64,000 nt of DNA, from NCBI GenBank assembly GCA_963693365.1, contig CAVNZM010000014.1:3844001-3908000 (forward strand). Direction: 5' to 3'. Source of the stretch: Amoebidium appalachense (lineage: Eukaryota > Protista > Ichthyosporea). The position numbers were made by a program, and so were the translations under genes. The first letter of the stretch is position 1; each line of letters starts with the position of its first letter. Below the pieces are notes generated by a model. The model did no database searches. It worked only from the letters and a program-made list of their open reading frames with translations, and had not been told where the DNA came from. Of the stretch, positions 44,300-64,000 are shown one piece after another.

Positions 44300-46730
44300 C
44301 ACACACAAGCAGCGTGGTGCGCGCACACACATTTTTGAATTTCCCTTCCGCAAACCCCGCTCTTCCTCAGCGGACTCTGCTCGTTTTTTTTTTCAGGTCG
44401 GTTCTCTTGAATTCTTACTTCCCTCACACTTCCATAGGTGCAGAGAGCCGCGTGGGTAGAAACCAATTGAAAGGCGCAGGGGATCGGGGAGGGGAAAATA
44501 AGAAATTTCAGAGGAGGGAAGAGGATCAAAGAAATAGCAACGGACGAATGTCAATGTAAGAGGAAAAGCCACCCTCCTCCTCTTAGAGATCTCGCCATCG
44601 TTTCCCTTTCTGCATGATCCCTGACCTGTCCAGTACGTACAACCACTAGTATTAGTACAAAAATGATTGTGCCTTTGTGAGAAAAAAGTAACTTAACGAT
44701 TAAATCATCACTGGCTATCAAGTGCAAAATACTCCCCTTCCCCTCCCCCCCCCCCCCCCCCCCCACCCTTCCCCCCCCTACACACACACACACACACACG
44801 CACACACATACCCCCTCCCCCAGGGAGGAAACAGTGTCACCTCCCCCAGGGAGGAAACATTGTCACAAGCCGGCGCGTCCCTGCACTCAGGGAGCCCATG
44901 GACATCGGCAGTACTGTGACACCGAGTTTGCACACAGGCTCTGTTGTCTGAGGGGAACTACAATATAAAGTGTGCGTGTGTTGTTTGTACCGCACTTGAT
45001 AGATCGGCACAACCAACCCCTATGCCTTTGACAAGTGTGCCGGCCCAAGTTGTGCATGCACGTGCAAAATGCGCATTGTAACAATCACCGAGTTGGCACA
45101 ATACTTTGTGATTGACGTGTGCTATTTTATGTACGCACTTGCACTGTGTACACACCGGGTCATGTGCCTGCGATTTCTTTTATGTCTTCAGAAGGTCTGT
45201 GCAGACTTTCACGGAGCCCACCAAAGTGCATGTCATGCATGTGCGGCTGTGCTGTGCTACGTTCTTTCGTTCTTTCAGTCGTTTAGCTTTGCTTTTAGTT
45301 ATCATATTTCTCTGCCAATGTGACTATCATTATAATATGATAGTGGGTAAATAAACGGAACTAGCTTGTAAAACGTGTGCATAACACTTCAAAAGTGCAC
45401 GAAAACAAATCGAATACGCGCACACGGTATGCTCTGTCAACATGGTGTTGGGTCTGGAAGCTGGAGAGAGCTGAAAAGCTCAGTACTGTCGTTGTGAGTC
45501 TACGTCATCTGGCTACGCACTGGCACAATTGTAACAAAACCACCCGATTGCTAAACAGATCTTTTTATACTTTAAATGAAGGACAAATCTTTTATACGCA
45601 AATTACACATAAGCTGTAAGCGATACAATTGGTTATAAATCAGTTGCTGCCGCTCGCCGCTTTTCGTCACAGCCTGTGCTCTCCCGCCGGCTGTATGAAC
45701 GGGCTTTTAGGGCCTGAAAGTTTCAGTTTACCCAAAAACTCACCAGGTAACGGATAGTGAAGATATATCAGGTCTATGTCTTTGCGTCGAGTGTAAGGTC
45801 TATTCATAACGTTTCTGGAAGTGCCTGTTTTATCCTCCTTTTAATGTTCCCCTGTGTTTTGTAGCGTAGAGGGGAACACTACGCTTGACACATCGGTCAG
45901 AGTCGACATTAGAGGACAGTTGTTCACTGAAAGCCGGTGTTGCACTTTCCCTTCCATCATACACGTATTTACTTATGCATTTTTGATTAGACCAAGTGAT
46001 GCTCTTCGTGATACTTTGAATTCACCTAAGACATGGCTCTGAAGGAGCGTGCACACTTGCATACACATAGACAGCAACCGACACCTGCGCACTTACACAC
46101 ACACACACACGCACACACACAGACATAGACACACGTACTGACACATGTGCCTTACAGACATACCTCTAGGTTCTTGCTGTCACAGTGTTGACACGGGACC
46201 TGTGGTACCTTCCGGTGAGCCCTTGGAGTCAACTGAAACTGATAAACACCACGACTAATCATCTACTTTCTTGAAACGGTGAGTTTTTTCGGCCATTTTT
46301 CCTAGTGGAGTTCTGCTTGTTGCTTCTGCTTTTTGCGGTTTACTATGTTGGCAGGTGACAGGTTTATAAAATTGTTGGGGTGATTTTGATTCGTCGGTGG
46401 AGTGGTTGAAAAAAGTTTTTTGAGTTTTTTTTTTTGTGTTGAAAGCTGTCAATTTTTTTCTTCTCGGCTGACAAGTCTTTCTGTATGCAAAGCGCACTGT
46501 CTGTCTTGAATCTTAGAAAAAATTGTGTTGCAAATCAATGACTATACTTGGAGTGCATGCTGGTGTTGTTTTCCAGCCAAAAGCAGTGCGGTAGTATTTT
46601 TTTCATGTCGACTTCATGGCAGGACCTACTTATATTTGTTCTTGCTATCTTCATGACGTTATTTTTTTTATTTATTCATGGATACCCTCATTTGTAGGAC
46701 CTACTTTCTAGGTGACACCGAGCAGACAGA

Positions 46731-47288
46731 ATGCATGTCAAGGCTGCAAAGGTTGCCGGCTATGCCGTGTTGACGGCTGGGCTGTGGGCTCAGAACGTCG
46801 CCATTGGAGGTGCGTGTGCAGTGTTTTCATTTTTTTTTTCCTTTTTTCTTTCCCCTCCCTTTTTTTTTTTTGGGGGGGGGGGGGGGGGGGGCTTTTCAAG
46901 CTTGGTGGTGAAAGGATGCAAAGGAAAGGCAGTATACTGATCTGGCATGGACAGGCGGAAGAGGAAGGAAGGTGTGTGTATGTGTGTGTGTGTGTGAGGT
47001 TGGGGGGGGGGGTGTTTGCAGGCAGCTATGTCAAGGGGGTTTCTCTCTCTATCACTGCTGATGTCTGGGTTGTTCTGTTTATTTCTTCCAACAATCCTTT
47101 CTTTTCTCCTCTGGACATCTATTGAGGCCATTTCTTCTGCATGGTAGACTTTTACTATTCCAAGAGCCCTTGCCCCACACGTTATTGGTACCTCTTGGCG
47201 TAACAGTTATGGGGTGTATTGTATTCCCACTTGGAAAAGCACACACACACACACCTATACTTGATTGTTTGTCATGTACCCTTATGCG

Positions 47289-47324
<36 letters not shown>

Positions 47325-47421
47325 ACACACACACATCCAAAAAGGGAAAAAAATAATAATAAAATAAAAGGAAAGGAAAGGAAAAAGAGCGCCAATTCAT
47401 CCCGCACAACACCAAAATTAA

Positions 47422-47457
<36 letters not shown>

Positions 47458-47826
47458 ACCCTGCTCGTCTTTGCGCCTATTGCTGTTGAAACAAAGTATG
47501 GGTTGGGAACCACGCGCGAGAGGTTAAAGAGTCGGAACCCATGCTTTTGTGGAGGTATAGGAACCCCCCTGATGATGGGCTCTGTTCAAGTGTCTTCTGC
47601 CTGCACGCTTAAATTGTTTGATTTTGGATTTCCCACCTTTGTGACGCTTTGTTGTTGCTCTTTGTTGTCTCCTCCATATTTCCAACCCTCTAACGCATAC
47701 ATCTACCCCCCCCCCCCCCCCCCTCCCCCCCCCCCCCCCCTTGCAGGACGTAACTGCCACGTGCACGGTGTGCGCCACGTCGACCATCACTCCCTGCAGT
47801 CTGCCCAGCTGGGCCACAGCCACTGA
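46731..47826 (+). CDS. 52-aa microprotein with hydrophobic N-terminus and His-rich tail
   Basis: Exons 46731-46809 (G|GTGCGT) and 47747-47826 (CTAAC branch, poly-C, TTGCAG) give MHVKAAKVAGYAVLTAGLWAQNVAIGGRNCHVHGVRHVDHHSLQSAQLGHSH*; upstream acceptor at ~46711; AT-rich 3' region. Confidence 0.6.
47660..47702 (+). repeat. Family B copy supplying the branch point of the microprotein intron
   Basis: Reverse complement of 22074-22116; followed by poly(C) and TTGCAG. Confidence 0.8.
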
Positions 47827-48224
47827 GTGGCCGGCGTTAAAGTTATATTTTTATAAAATATAAAATTGATGTGGTTTTCCAGGATGTGTTTGGTGGCTGC
47901 TTATTACTGAGGGTTGTGTGTAGTCGTTCCGTTGTTATCATTAAAGAATTATTAATTAAATGTATAGAGGTAATAGGTCCATAGGTCAATGGGACCGGGC
48001 GGGATTGACGGTCAGATATGTATGCATGGGTTGGTCACTAAAATCGTGCAGATAGGCTGCATGGATATCTGGTATGCTAAAAGATGGGGCACAAGGAGGA
48101 ATATATGTATGTTTTTCAGTATGTTTAAATGTATGGACAATAGCAATGTAAGACAATAAATGCTGCTGGCAACAGCTAACAAAGCCACCAGGCTTTACAT
48201 TTCTTGAAGGTGTTGCTTGTGTCC

Positions 48225-48273
<49 letters not shown>

Positions 48274-49554
48274 ACACACATGCACATACACCATGGCCAC
48301 CACCACACACACACACACACACACCGCCACCACCATCACATACACGTGTACACACAGACACGTCAACGTTCCCTCCGACTATGCATGCAAGTTTCCACAA
48401 CACACACACATGTACGCCACCACCACCCCTTGTGTTCGCATCCAGTTTCTGTTAGTCTTTCTCTAGTTTGCCTTGTCTGCCTTCAGTATACCATGAATTT
48501 GTTCCTCTTTTTTTTCCACTCAATTATCTTCTTCTTCTGCTTCTTCTTCTTTTTTTTTTTTTTTTTTTTTCTTTGCCTGTTTGGCCTGAATCTTTTGCTC
48601 ATTTATTGACCTCTTTCGGGTCACCGCACATACATCTGCGAGTCAGTGTCATGCTAGTCCATCGCATAAACACAACTCCTACACAAAAACCCCGCATGTA
48701 CGCGGGTGCAACGTACCTGATCAACCACGGCATCATCATGCACACAAGCACACATGTTAACATGTGCACATTACGCATACCAATAATTAATGTACACAAG
48801 CACACATGTTAACATGTACACATTACGCATACCAAACGTGCACTGCACAGGCCTTTCAACCCCACCCCTCCAATGCTTACGCGTACACTACGCAACGGCG
48901 TGTGGGCACTTAAATTTACCCCGGGCTCACAGTGAACTAAAAAAAATTTAAAATAATAATATAATATATTCTTAGCGTTTTTTTTTTAATTATATTTTTG
49001 AACTCAGCATCCGTCATTACGGAGGCACCCACCAGGGTCCGAGGACCACAAAAAATCAGTAACAGCCACGTCCAAACCATTATCATACTTGTTCAAATTC
49101 AGCCTGATCATTGGATGATAAATTTTAATGTCATGCCAGCACACTGCCACTCTCTTCCACCTCTGACACCGCGATGCACGCCATTGTTCAAAATCAAATT
49201 CAGCCCAATCGAAACAATGTATGATCCAACCCAACCCAAATAAATCAAAAGCCGCCTGTACGTAGATGTACTGTACTGGTGCATGTGTTTTTCGTTTTTA
49301 ATTTAGTTCAACTTGCCTAAACAGAGAGCGGGTGTATGGTGGGTGTGAGTGCATGTGAAGTGTGTGTGTGTCTCCACACCCGGCATGTACGTGTTTTGAA
49401 TCAATCGTTCGGTGCATAACATTAATGCACCAGCATCTTTATAAAGGCAACCGTTGAAATTTCATCGCGTTCAATCATCAAAAACAGGGTAGCTGCCCGA
49501 ACATAATCATGATCAACTTAAAAATTAAAATTAAATATTAAAGCAAGTTCCTGT

Positions 49555-58140
<8,586 letters not shown>

Positions 58141-58627
58141 TTTTTGCTTTCCGCCGCCTGTGCGCTGCAACTTTCCAAAAATACAACGGTGGCTTCTAGT
58201 TTTTTTTTTTTAACCTTCAAGTGAACTCAATACTGAGGCCCGTGACCGTGACGGAGTGGGGTCACTGTTGACATCTTTGTTGACATGTTTTATTATAGTG
58301 GCATGATCGGAATGCGATATAAGATCCCGCCATTTTATCTTTAACCAATCATCCGCTGCCATGTATGCCTCTATAAGGCTATTTTATAATGGATGATAAT
58401 CATAAAATGTGCACGTATGTCACGATACACTGCAGCTTTGCATGACTATGCATGCACGTGCACCCGTTTCAAGGTACGTACAGCCTGCCATCGGCCACGG
58501 CAAGAGGCACAGGCCCTGGCAGAACGTGTCCCGGCGGGCCACTAGCGGTCATGGCCTGGTGGCGGTGGTAAGGTGGACGTGGGGGATGAGCGTGACGTTT
58601 GTGTGTGTGTGTAAGGGGGGAGGGGGG

Positions 58628-58661
<34 letters not shown>

Positions 58662-59071
58662 GCGGGGCCCGGGGGGTAAGGGAGAGGGGAGGGGCGGGAG
58701 CCTGGGAGAGGCGGGGGGAGGGGGAAGGGGAAAAGGAGAAAAGATGATCGGGAGAGGGGGGAAGGGGTAGAAGGGGACTCCGAGGTTGTATACATGATTT
58801 ATATAGCTTTGTGCTCGCGAGTGGAGGCCTAGGGAGTACTAGTTGAGCTCGAGTCGGTGGCGTGAACATGATAGAAAGGGCCCCTTCTCAGTTGGCCCAT
58901 TGCAATTGCATGTTCGCCAATGGCTGTCACTCTCACACTGATGATAATATGCCAAAACTAGTTACCGTAAAGAAAAAAGCCTCTGAAAGGCGCAATGAAT
59001 CCGATTTTCACTTCTTTATGCATACACCATTGTCAACAACATATGGATAGCAGGCACTGTCCGGTGCAAAC

Positions 59072-59117
<46 letters not shown>

Positions 59118-59396
59118 GGGAAGGGGGGGGGGGGGGGGGAGGGGGAGGGAGCGTAGTATAGCTATTGCAATAGAACAACAGTGCCAGCGCTGGTCCTGAT
59201 CAGCAACAAAATTTACCCAAACAAAGAGCACTTTGACCATTTATTTTGATCTAAGTTCAAAGCTCTGAAGTATACGAACACTTCTAGCCAGTATTATAAT
59301 AGGTGAGGAATTCGAACCACATATAAATCCCGGTTTACCATAAATTCTATTGCATTGAAATCTAGGCATACCCTGCACTGCGCGACATCAGCAACT

Positions 59397-59434
<38 letters not shown>

Positions 59435-59690
59435 CCAGCCCCCCTTCCCGGGGGTGCACACGGCATTGTGTCCGCATGTCTAATAATGCTATTGAATAGT
59501 TAGGAACAGATTACCACCTATGTCTTCAGTACTAAGCAAACGGCATTTTCCGGCATGACCTCCACACGGAAACAAGAACTTTCATATGGAAACCATGAGC
59601 TGCAATTTGAAAGAAGGCTGTGTGCACACGTGCAAATTTCAAACAGTGTGTGTGTGTGTGGTGTGCGTGTGTGTGTGCGTGTGTGTGTCG

Positions 59691-59722
<32 letters not shown>

Positions 59723-60010
59723 GTGCGTGTGTGCGCGTGTGCGTGTGTGCGTGTGTGCGTGTGTGCTTGTGTGCGTGTGTGCGTGTGTGCGTGTGTGCGT
59801 GTGTGCGTGTGTGTGTGTGTGCAGATATTCACGAAACGGTGTGCCTATGATGCCAGGAACCATACTATCAATAACCAAAGGATAATCATTGTATAATATA
59901 TGGGGTTGTGTTTAGTCTTGATCGATCCACGGCAGAAACATCAATGCAGACCAAAACGACAAAAAAAAGAACGTAGATTGGGAGGGAAAAGAATTGGAAC
60001 CAGAAAACGT

Positions 60011-60439
60011 GTACAGGGGCTATGTTAAGGTCTTGCCCAAAAGAGGACCGGGTGTGTAAAAGGATTCTCAGCGGAGCCTAGTCAAGTGCGTAAAGCCACG
60101 AGTCGCGTGTATGTGTGTGTGCGTGCGTATCAAAGAATGAAGTAGTAGACTTTCGTTGGGAGGCAAGCCTTAACACCAATTCACAGTGATGTGTTAGCCG
60201 CTGTCCAGGGCCCCAACCTACTCAAAGACCACTGCACTCAATGATGGATATATGTGGTGGTTCGTGGTGTGGTGTGTGTAAGTGTGCATAGGTAGCCCGA
60301 GGTGTTCAGACTCAGGGCACCGTCGTCGGTGGCTGCTCCAACCGTCTAGGGTCGGGGCACCAAGCTCACGTGTGGCGAGCTACTAGTAGGCAGGTAGTAC
60401 AGCCAAAAGGACCCTTAGCATAAGCGGCCAGAGGGGTAG
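60011..60439. mobile_element. Outer (target) copy of the palindromic element arm, left part
   Basis: Matches 62658-63075; continues after the insertion at 63741-64000. Confidence 0.85.
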
Positions 60440-61126
60440 TGTTGTGGAACTGCTCCAAAATAAACGAGCATAGCACCGGGACATGTGTTCGCAAGTGCCG
60501 CGATCATGCTATATTGTGAAAACACGTGTGATTATCATGTGCGGATCACCAGATCACCAATTGTCACTCTTGACATGACATTGTGACACTCACGTCCACA
60601 CGTGATTATCATGTGCGGATCACCAGATCACCAAGTGTCACTCTTGACATGTGACACTCGCGTCCACGCGGCGGACGCACTGTCATATCATGTTTTGGCA
60701 CGCGCGGTTCAATGATCTGCGTGCGGCGGTATCCCGTGTGTCACCCGCCGGCAGGCGACTGCGCGAGTCACTATATTGTGCATCTAATCATGTACATCAA
60801 GAGATTGAGGTAGACGGGCTCCGTGATTGGACTAGCAATTTAGCTGTCCAGATCAGGCTCCGGTAAGTGAGTAACGGTTGGCTGAGATCCCCAACAATTG
60901 TTGTCACACAATTTGTGGGAGATCCGAAGGTATAAAACAGCACACGCAAGCAAGACCAAGAACAAGTTCATCACCACTTCTTCAAGACAAGTACTTCTAC
61001 AGATCAAAGTGTGCTGTGCCGCCGTTACTAAGGTTGACACCTATACTGGTGCTTCATCAACCCGCTCTACCATACAACACCTGTTGTTTTCCTTCTCTCT
61101 ACCCTTTATTTCTAGCACGGCTATCA

Positions 61127-62190
61127 TGTTGGAGTGCAGACTTACGCTCACTCCACAATATGTGTATGTTAGCTTTACAATTGGTTCCGTGTACACAGAC
61201 ACACGCTGACACTCGATCACCACATGCACATCTGCATAGTTGAGGAATGTTGCCAATTGTGTTTTGACTGCAAACGATTGGTTCACTGGTCCCAGAGATC
61301 TCTAATTGAAAGTAACCAATCCGATTAGCGCCTGGCATCCGGATTACATTCCAGACTGCTGCCCCACGGGTATATAAGCCACGTCTCTGCCAGGTGCAGA
61401 CATGGAGTGCAGCCATGGAGTTAACACACTGAAAGCAGTAAAAACGGGTCAGCGCCCAAGCGCGCCACGGCGACCCTAGTCACAGCGGACTCTACTTCCA
61501 ACAGGGTTATGGGCCCAGACACGACACCGCGGCCTCTAACTTCACGTCCCCTACGACGCCTTGAACGGAGGAGCCAGAAACCGACTTCTAGGCTGTACCC
61601 TACACCCGCGAGCGTATTTCCGTGAAGTAGAGACTTTCGCTTCCACAAACTCCATCCGCAGCAGCCTGCAACATCAACGTCAAGTATTCCACTTCATTGG
61701 CGGGGCACGCACCACAGTGGAATGCACACCCCGGTGTACCCTGCAAGCAGCCACACTCACTCCGAGTCTCTCTTCTCTAGTGGTGTGTACACTTCTCCAA
61801 TTGGGTAGGGGTGTTGGAGTGCAGACTTACGCTCACTCCACAATATGTGTATGTTAGCTTTACAATTGGTTCCGTGTACACAGACACACGCTGACACTCG
61901 ATCACCACATGCACATCTGCATAGTTGAGGAATGTTGCCAACTGTGTTTTGACTGCAAACGATTGGTTCACTGGTCCCAGAGATCTCTAAATGAAAGTAA
62001 CCAATCCGATTAGCGCCTGGCATCCGGATTACATTCCAGACTGCTGCCCCACGGGTATATAAGCCACGTCTCTGCCAGGTGCAGACATGGAGTTCAGTCA
62101 TGGAGTTAACACACTGAAAGCAGTAAAAAAACGGGTCAGCGCCCAAGCGCGCCACGACGACCCTAGTCACAGCGGACTCTACTTCCAACA
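61127..62190 (+). mobile_element. Copia-type TRIM (non-autonomous LTR retrotransposon)
   Basis: LTRs 61127-61503 and 61812-62190 (TGTTGGA...TCCAACA, TATATAA inside, about 5 substitutions and 1 indel); PBS 61504-61518; PPT GGGTAGGGG 61803-61811; TSD GGCTA at 61119-61123 and 62191-62195. Confidence 0.93.
61504..61518 (+). other. Primer-binding site complementary to the anticodon arm of initiator tRNA-Met (half-tRNA priming)
   Basis: GGGTTATGGGCCCAG directly after the 5' LTR; complement of CUGGGCCCAUAACCC in eukaryotic tRNAiMet, the PBS type used by Drosophila copia. Confidence 0.9.
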
Positions 62191-63740
62191 GGCTACGGCT
62201 GCGCTCTACCCCTCTGGCCGTTTATGCTAAGGGTCCTTTTGGCTGTAGCTGCCTAGCTCGCCACACGTGTGCTTGGTGCCCCGAGCCTAGACGGTTGGAG
62301 CAGCCACCGACGACGATGCCCTGTGTAGTCTAAACACCTCGGGCTGCCGTGCCTATGCACACTTACACACACCACACCACGAACCACCACATATATACAT
62401 CATTGAGTGCAGTGGTCTTTGAGTAGGTTGGGGCCCTGGACAGCGGCTAACACATCACTGTGAATTGGTGTGAAGGCTTGCCTCCCAAAGTAAGTCTATT
62501 ACTTCATTCTTTGATACCACGCACACCGTGACACACGTACACGCGACGCGTGGCTTTACGCACTTGACTAGGATCCGCTGAGAATCCTTGTAGTACATCC
62601 CTCTTTTGGGCAATACCCGACTGTACGGGTATGGCCCAAAAGAGGGATGTAAAAGGAGTACAGTCGGGTATTGCCAAAAAGAGGGATGTAAAAGGATTCT
62701 CAGCGGAGCCTAGTCAAGTGCGTAATTACAGCCACGCGTCGCATGTACGTGTGTGTGCGTGGACAGTATCAAAGAATGAAGTAGTAGACTTTCGTTGCGA
62801 GGCAAGCCTTCACACCAATTCACAGTGATGTGTTAGCCGCTGTCCAGGGCCCCAACCTACTCAAAGACCACTGCACTCAATGATGTATATATGTGGTGGT
62901 TCGTGGTGTGGTGTGTGTAAGTGTGCATAGGCAGCCCGAGGTGTTTAGACTCAGGGCATCGTCGTCGGTGGCTGCTCCAACCGTCTAGGGTCGGGGCACC
63001 GTGACCAAGCACACATGTGGCGGGCTAGGCAGCTACAGCCAAAAGGACCCTTAGCATAAGCGGCCAGAGGGGTAGAGCGCAGCCGTAGCTGTGCTAGAAA
63101 TAAAGGGTAGAGAGAAGGAAAACAACAGGTGTTGTATGATAGAGCGGGTTGATGAAGCACCAGTATAGGTGTCAACCTTAGTAACGGCGGCACAGCACAC
63201 TTTGATCTGTAGAAGTACTTGTCTTGAAGAAGTGGTGATGAACTTGTTCTTGGTCTTGCTTGCGTGTGCTGTTTTATACCTTCGGATCTCCCACAAATTG
63301 TGTGACAACAGGGATCTCAGCCAACCGTTACTCACTTACCGGAGCCTGATCTGGACAGCTAAATTGCTAGTCCAATCACAGAGCCCGTCTACCTCAATCT
63401 CTTGATGCACAATACAGTGACTCGCGCAGTCGCCTGCCAACGGGTGACACACGGGATACCGCCGCACGCAGATCATTGAACCGCGCGTGCCAAATCATGA
63501 TATGACGGTGCGTCTGCCGTGTGGACGCGAGTGTCACATGTCAAGAGTGACACTTGGTGATCTGGTGATCCGCACATGATCATCACGTGTGGACGTGAGT
63601 GTCACATGTCAAGAGTGACACTTGGTGATCTGGTGATCCGCACATGATAATCACACGTGTTTTCACAATATAGCATGATCATGCACTTGCGGACACATGT
63701 CTGGTGCTGTGATCGTTTATTTTGGAGCAGTTCCATAACA

Positions 63741-64000
63741 GGTAGAGCGCAGCCGTAGCCGTACTAGAAATAAAGGGGTAGAGAGCAGGAAAACAACAGG
63801 TGTTGTATGGTGGAGCGGGTTGATGAAGCACCAGTATAGGTGTCAACCTTAGTAACAGCGGCACAGCACACTTTGATCTGTAGAAGTAATTGTCTTGAAG
63901 AAGTGGTGATGAACTGGTGAACTGGTCTTGCTTGCGTGTGCTGTTTTATACCTTCGGATCTCCCACAATTTGTGTGACAACAATTGTTGGGGATCTCAGC
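63741..64000. mobile_element. Outer (target) copy of the palindromic element arm, right part (runs off window)
   Basis: Matches 63071-63320. Confidence 0.85.

Larger units (their letters stand above)
60440..63740. mobile_element. Giant palindromic (foldback) non-coding element with TG...CA ends and 5-bp TSD
   Basis: Starts TGTTGTGGAACTGCTCCAAAATAAACG and ends CGTTTATTTTGGAGCAGTTCCATAACA; GGTAG at 60435-60439 and 63741-63745. Left arm 60440-62626 (minus the TRIM) is the reverse complement of right arm 62658-63740; ~31-bp centre. Confidence 0.9.

Noticed and set aside
58470-58575. Exon-like plus-strand segment ending in GTAAGG
   Set aside because: No start context or downstream exons found.
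60878-63864. ORFs inside the palindromic arms and LTRs
   Set aside because: Short, not conserved in length between copies, and with no transposase, integrase or RT motifs.

Overview
Intron-rich eukaryotic genomic DNA. The gene set hints at a unicellular opisthokont or holozoan, but that is only inference. Introns are saturated with poly(G)/poly(C) runs and (CA/GT)n or (GA/CT)n microsatellites, so almost all ORF-track entries are simple-repeat artefacts. Manual splicing with phase checks gives six genes. (1) An 18+ exon membrane protein (-, <95..11272) whose sequence recalls the N-terminal region of fungal galactosaminogalactan synthase Gtb3. (2) DBR1 lariat debranching enzyme (-, 17 exons). 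(3) RSRC2 (+), head-to-head with DBR1. (4) A Con7-like single C2H2 zinc-finger factor (-). (5) A 52-aa His-rich microprotein (+). (6) Malectin (-). Mobile DNA includes three MITE-like elements and two intron-resident repeat families that lie sense to their host genes. These families end in poly(C), often supply the branch point and 3' splice site, and one has a hammerhead-like fold. At 60-64 kb there is a nest: a giant TG...CA palindromic element with a 5-bp TSD is inserted into a copy of itself and carries a copia-type TRIM with a half-tRNA(iMet) PBS. The two insertions target sites 10 bp apart in the same repeat consensus.
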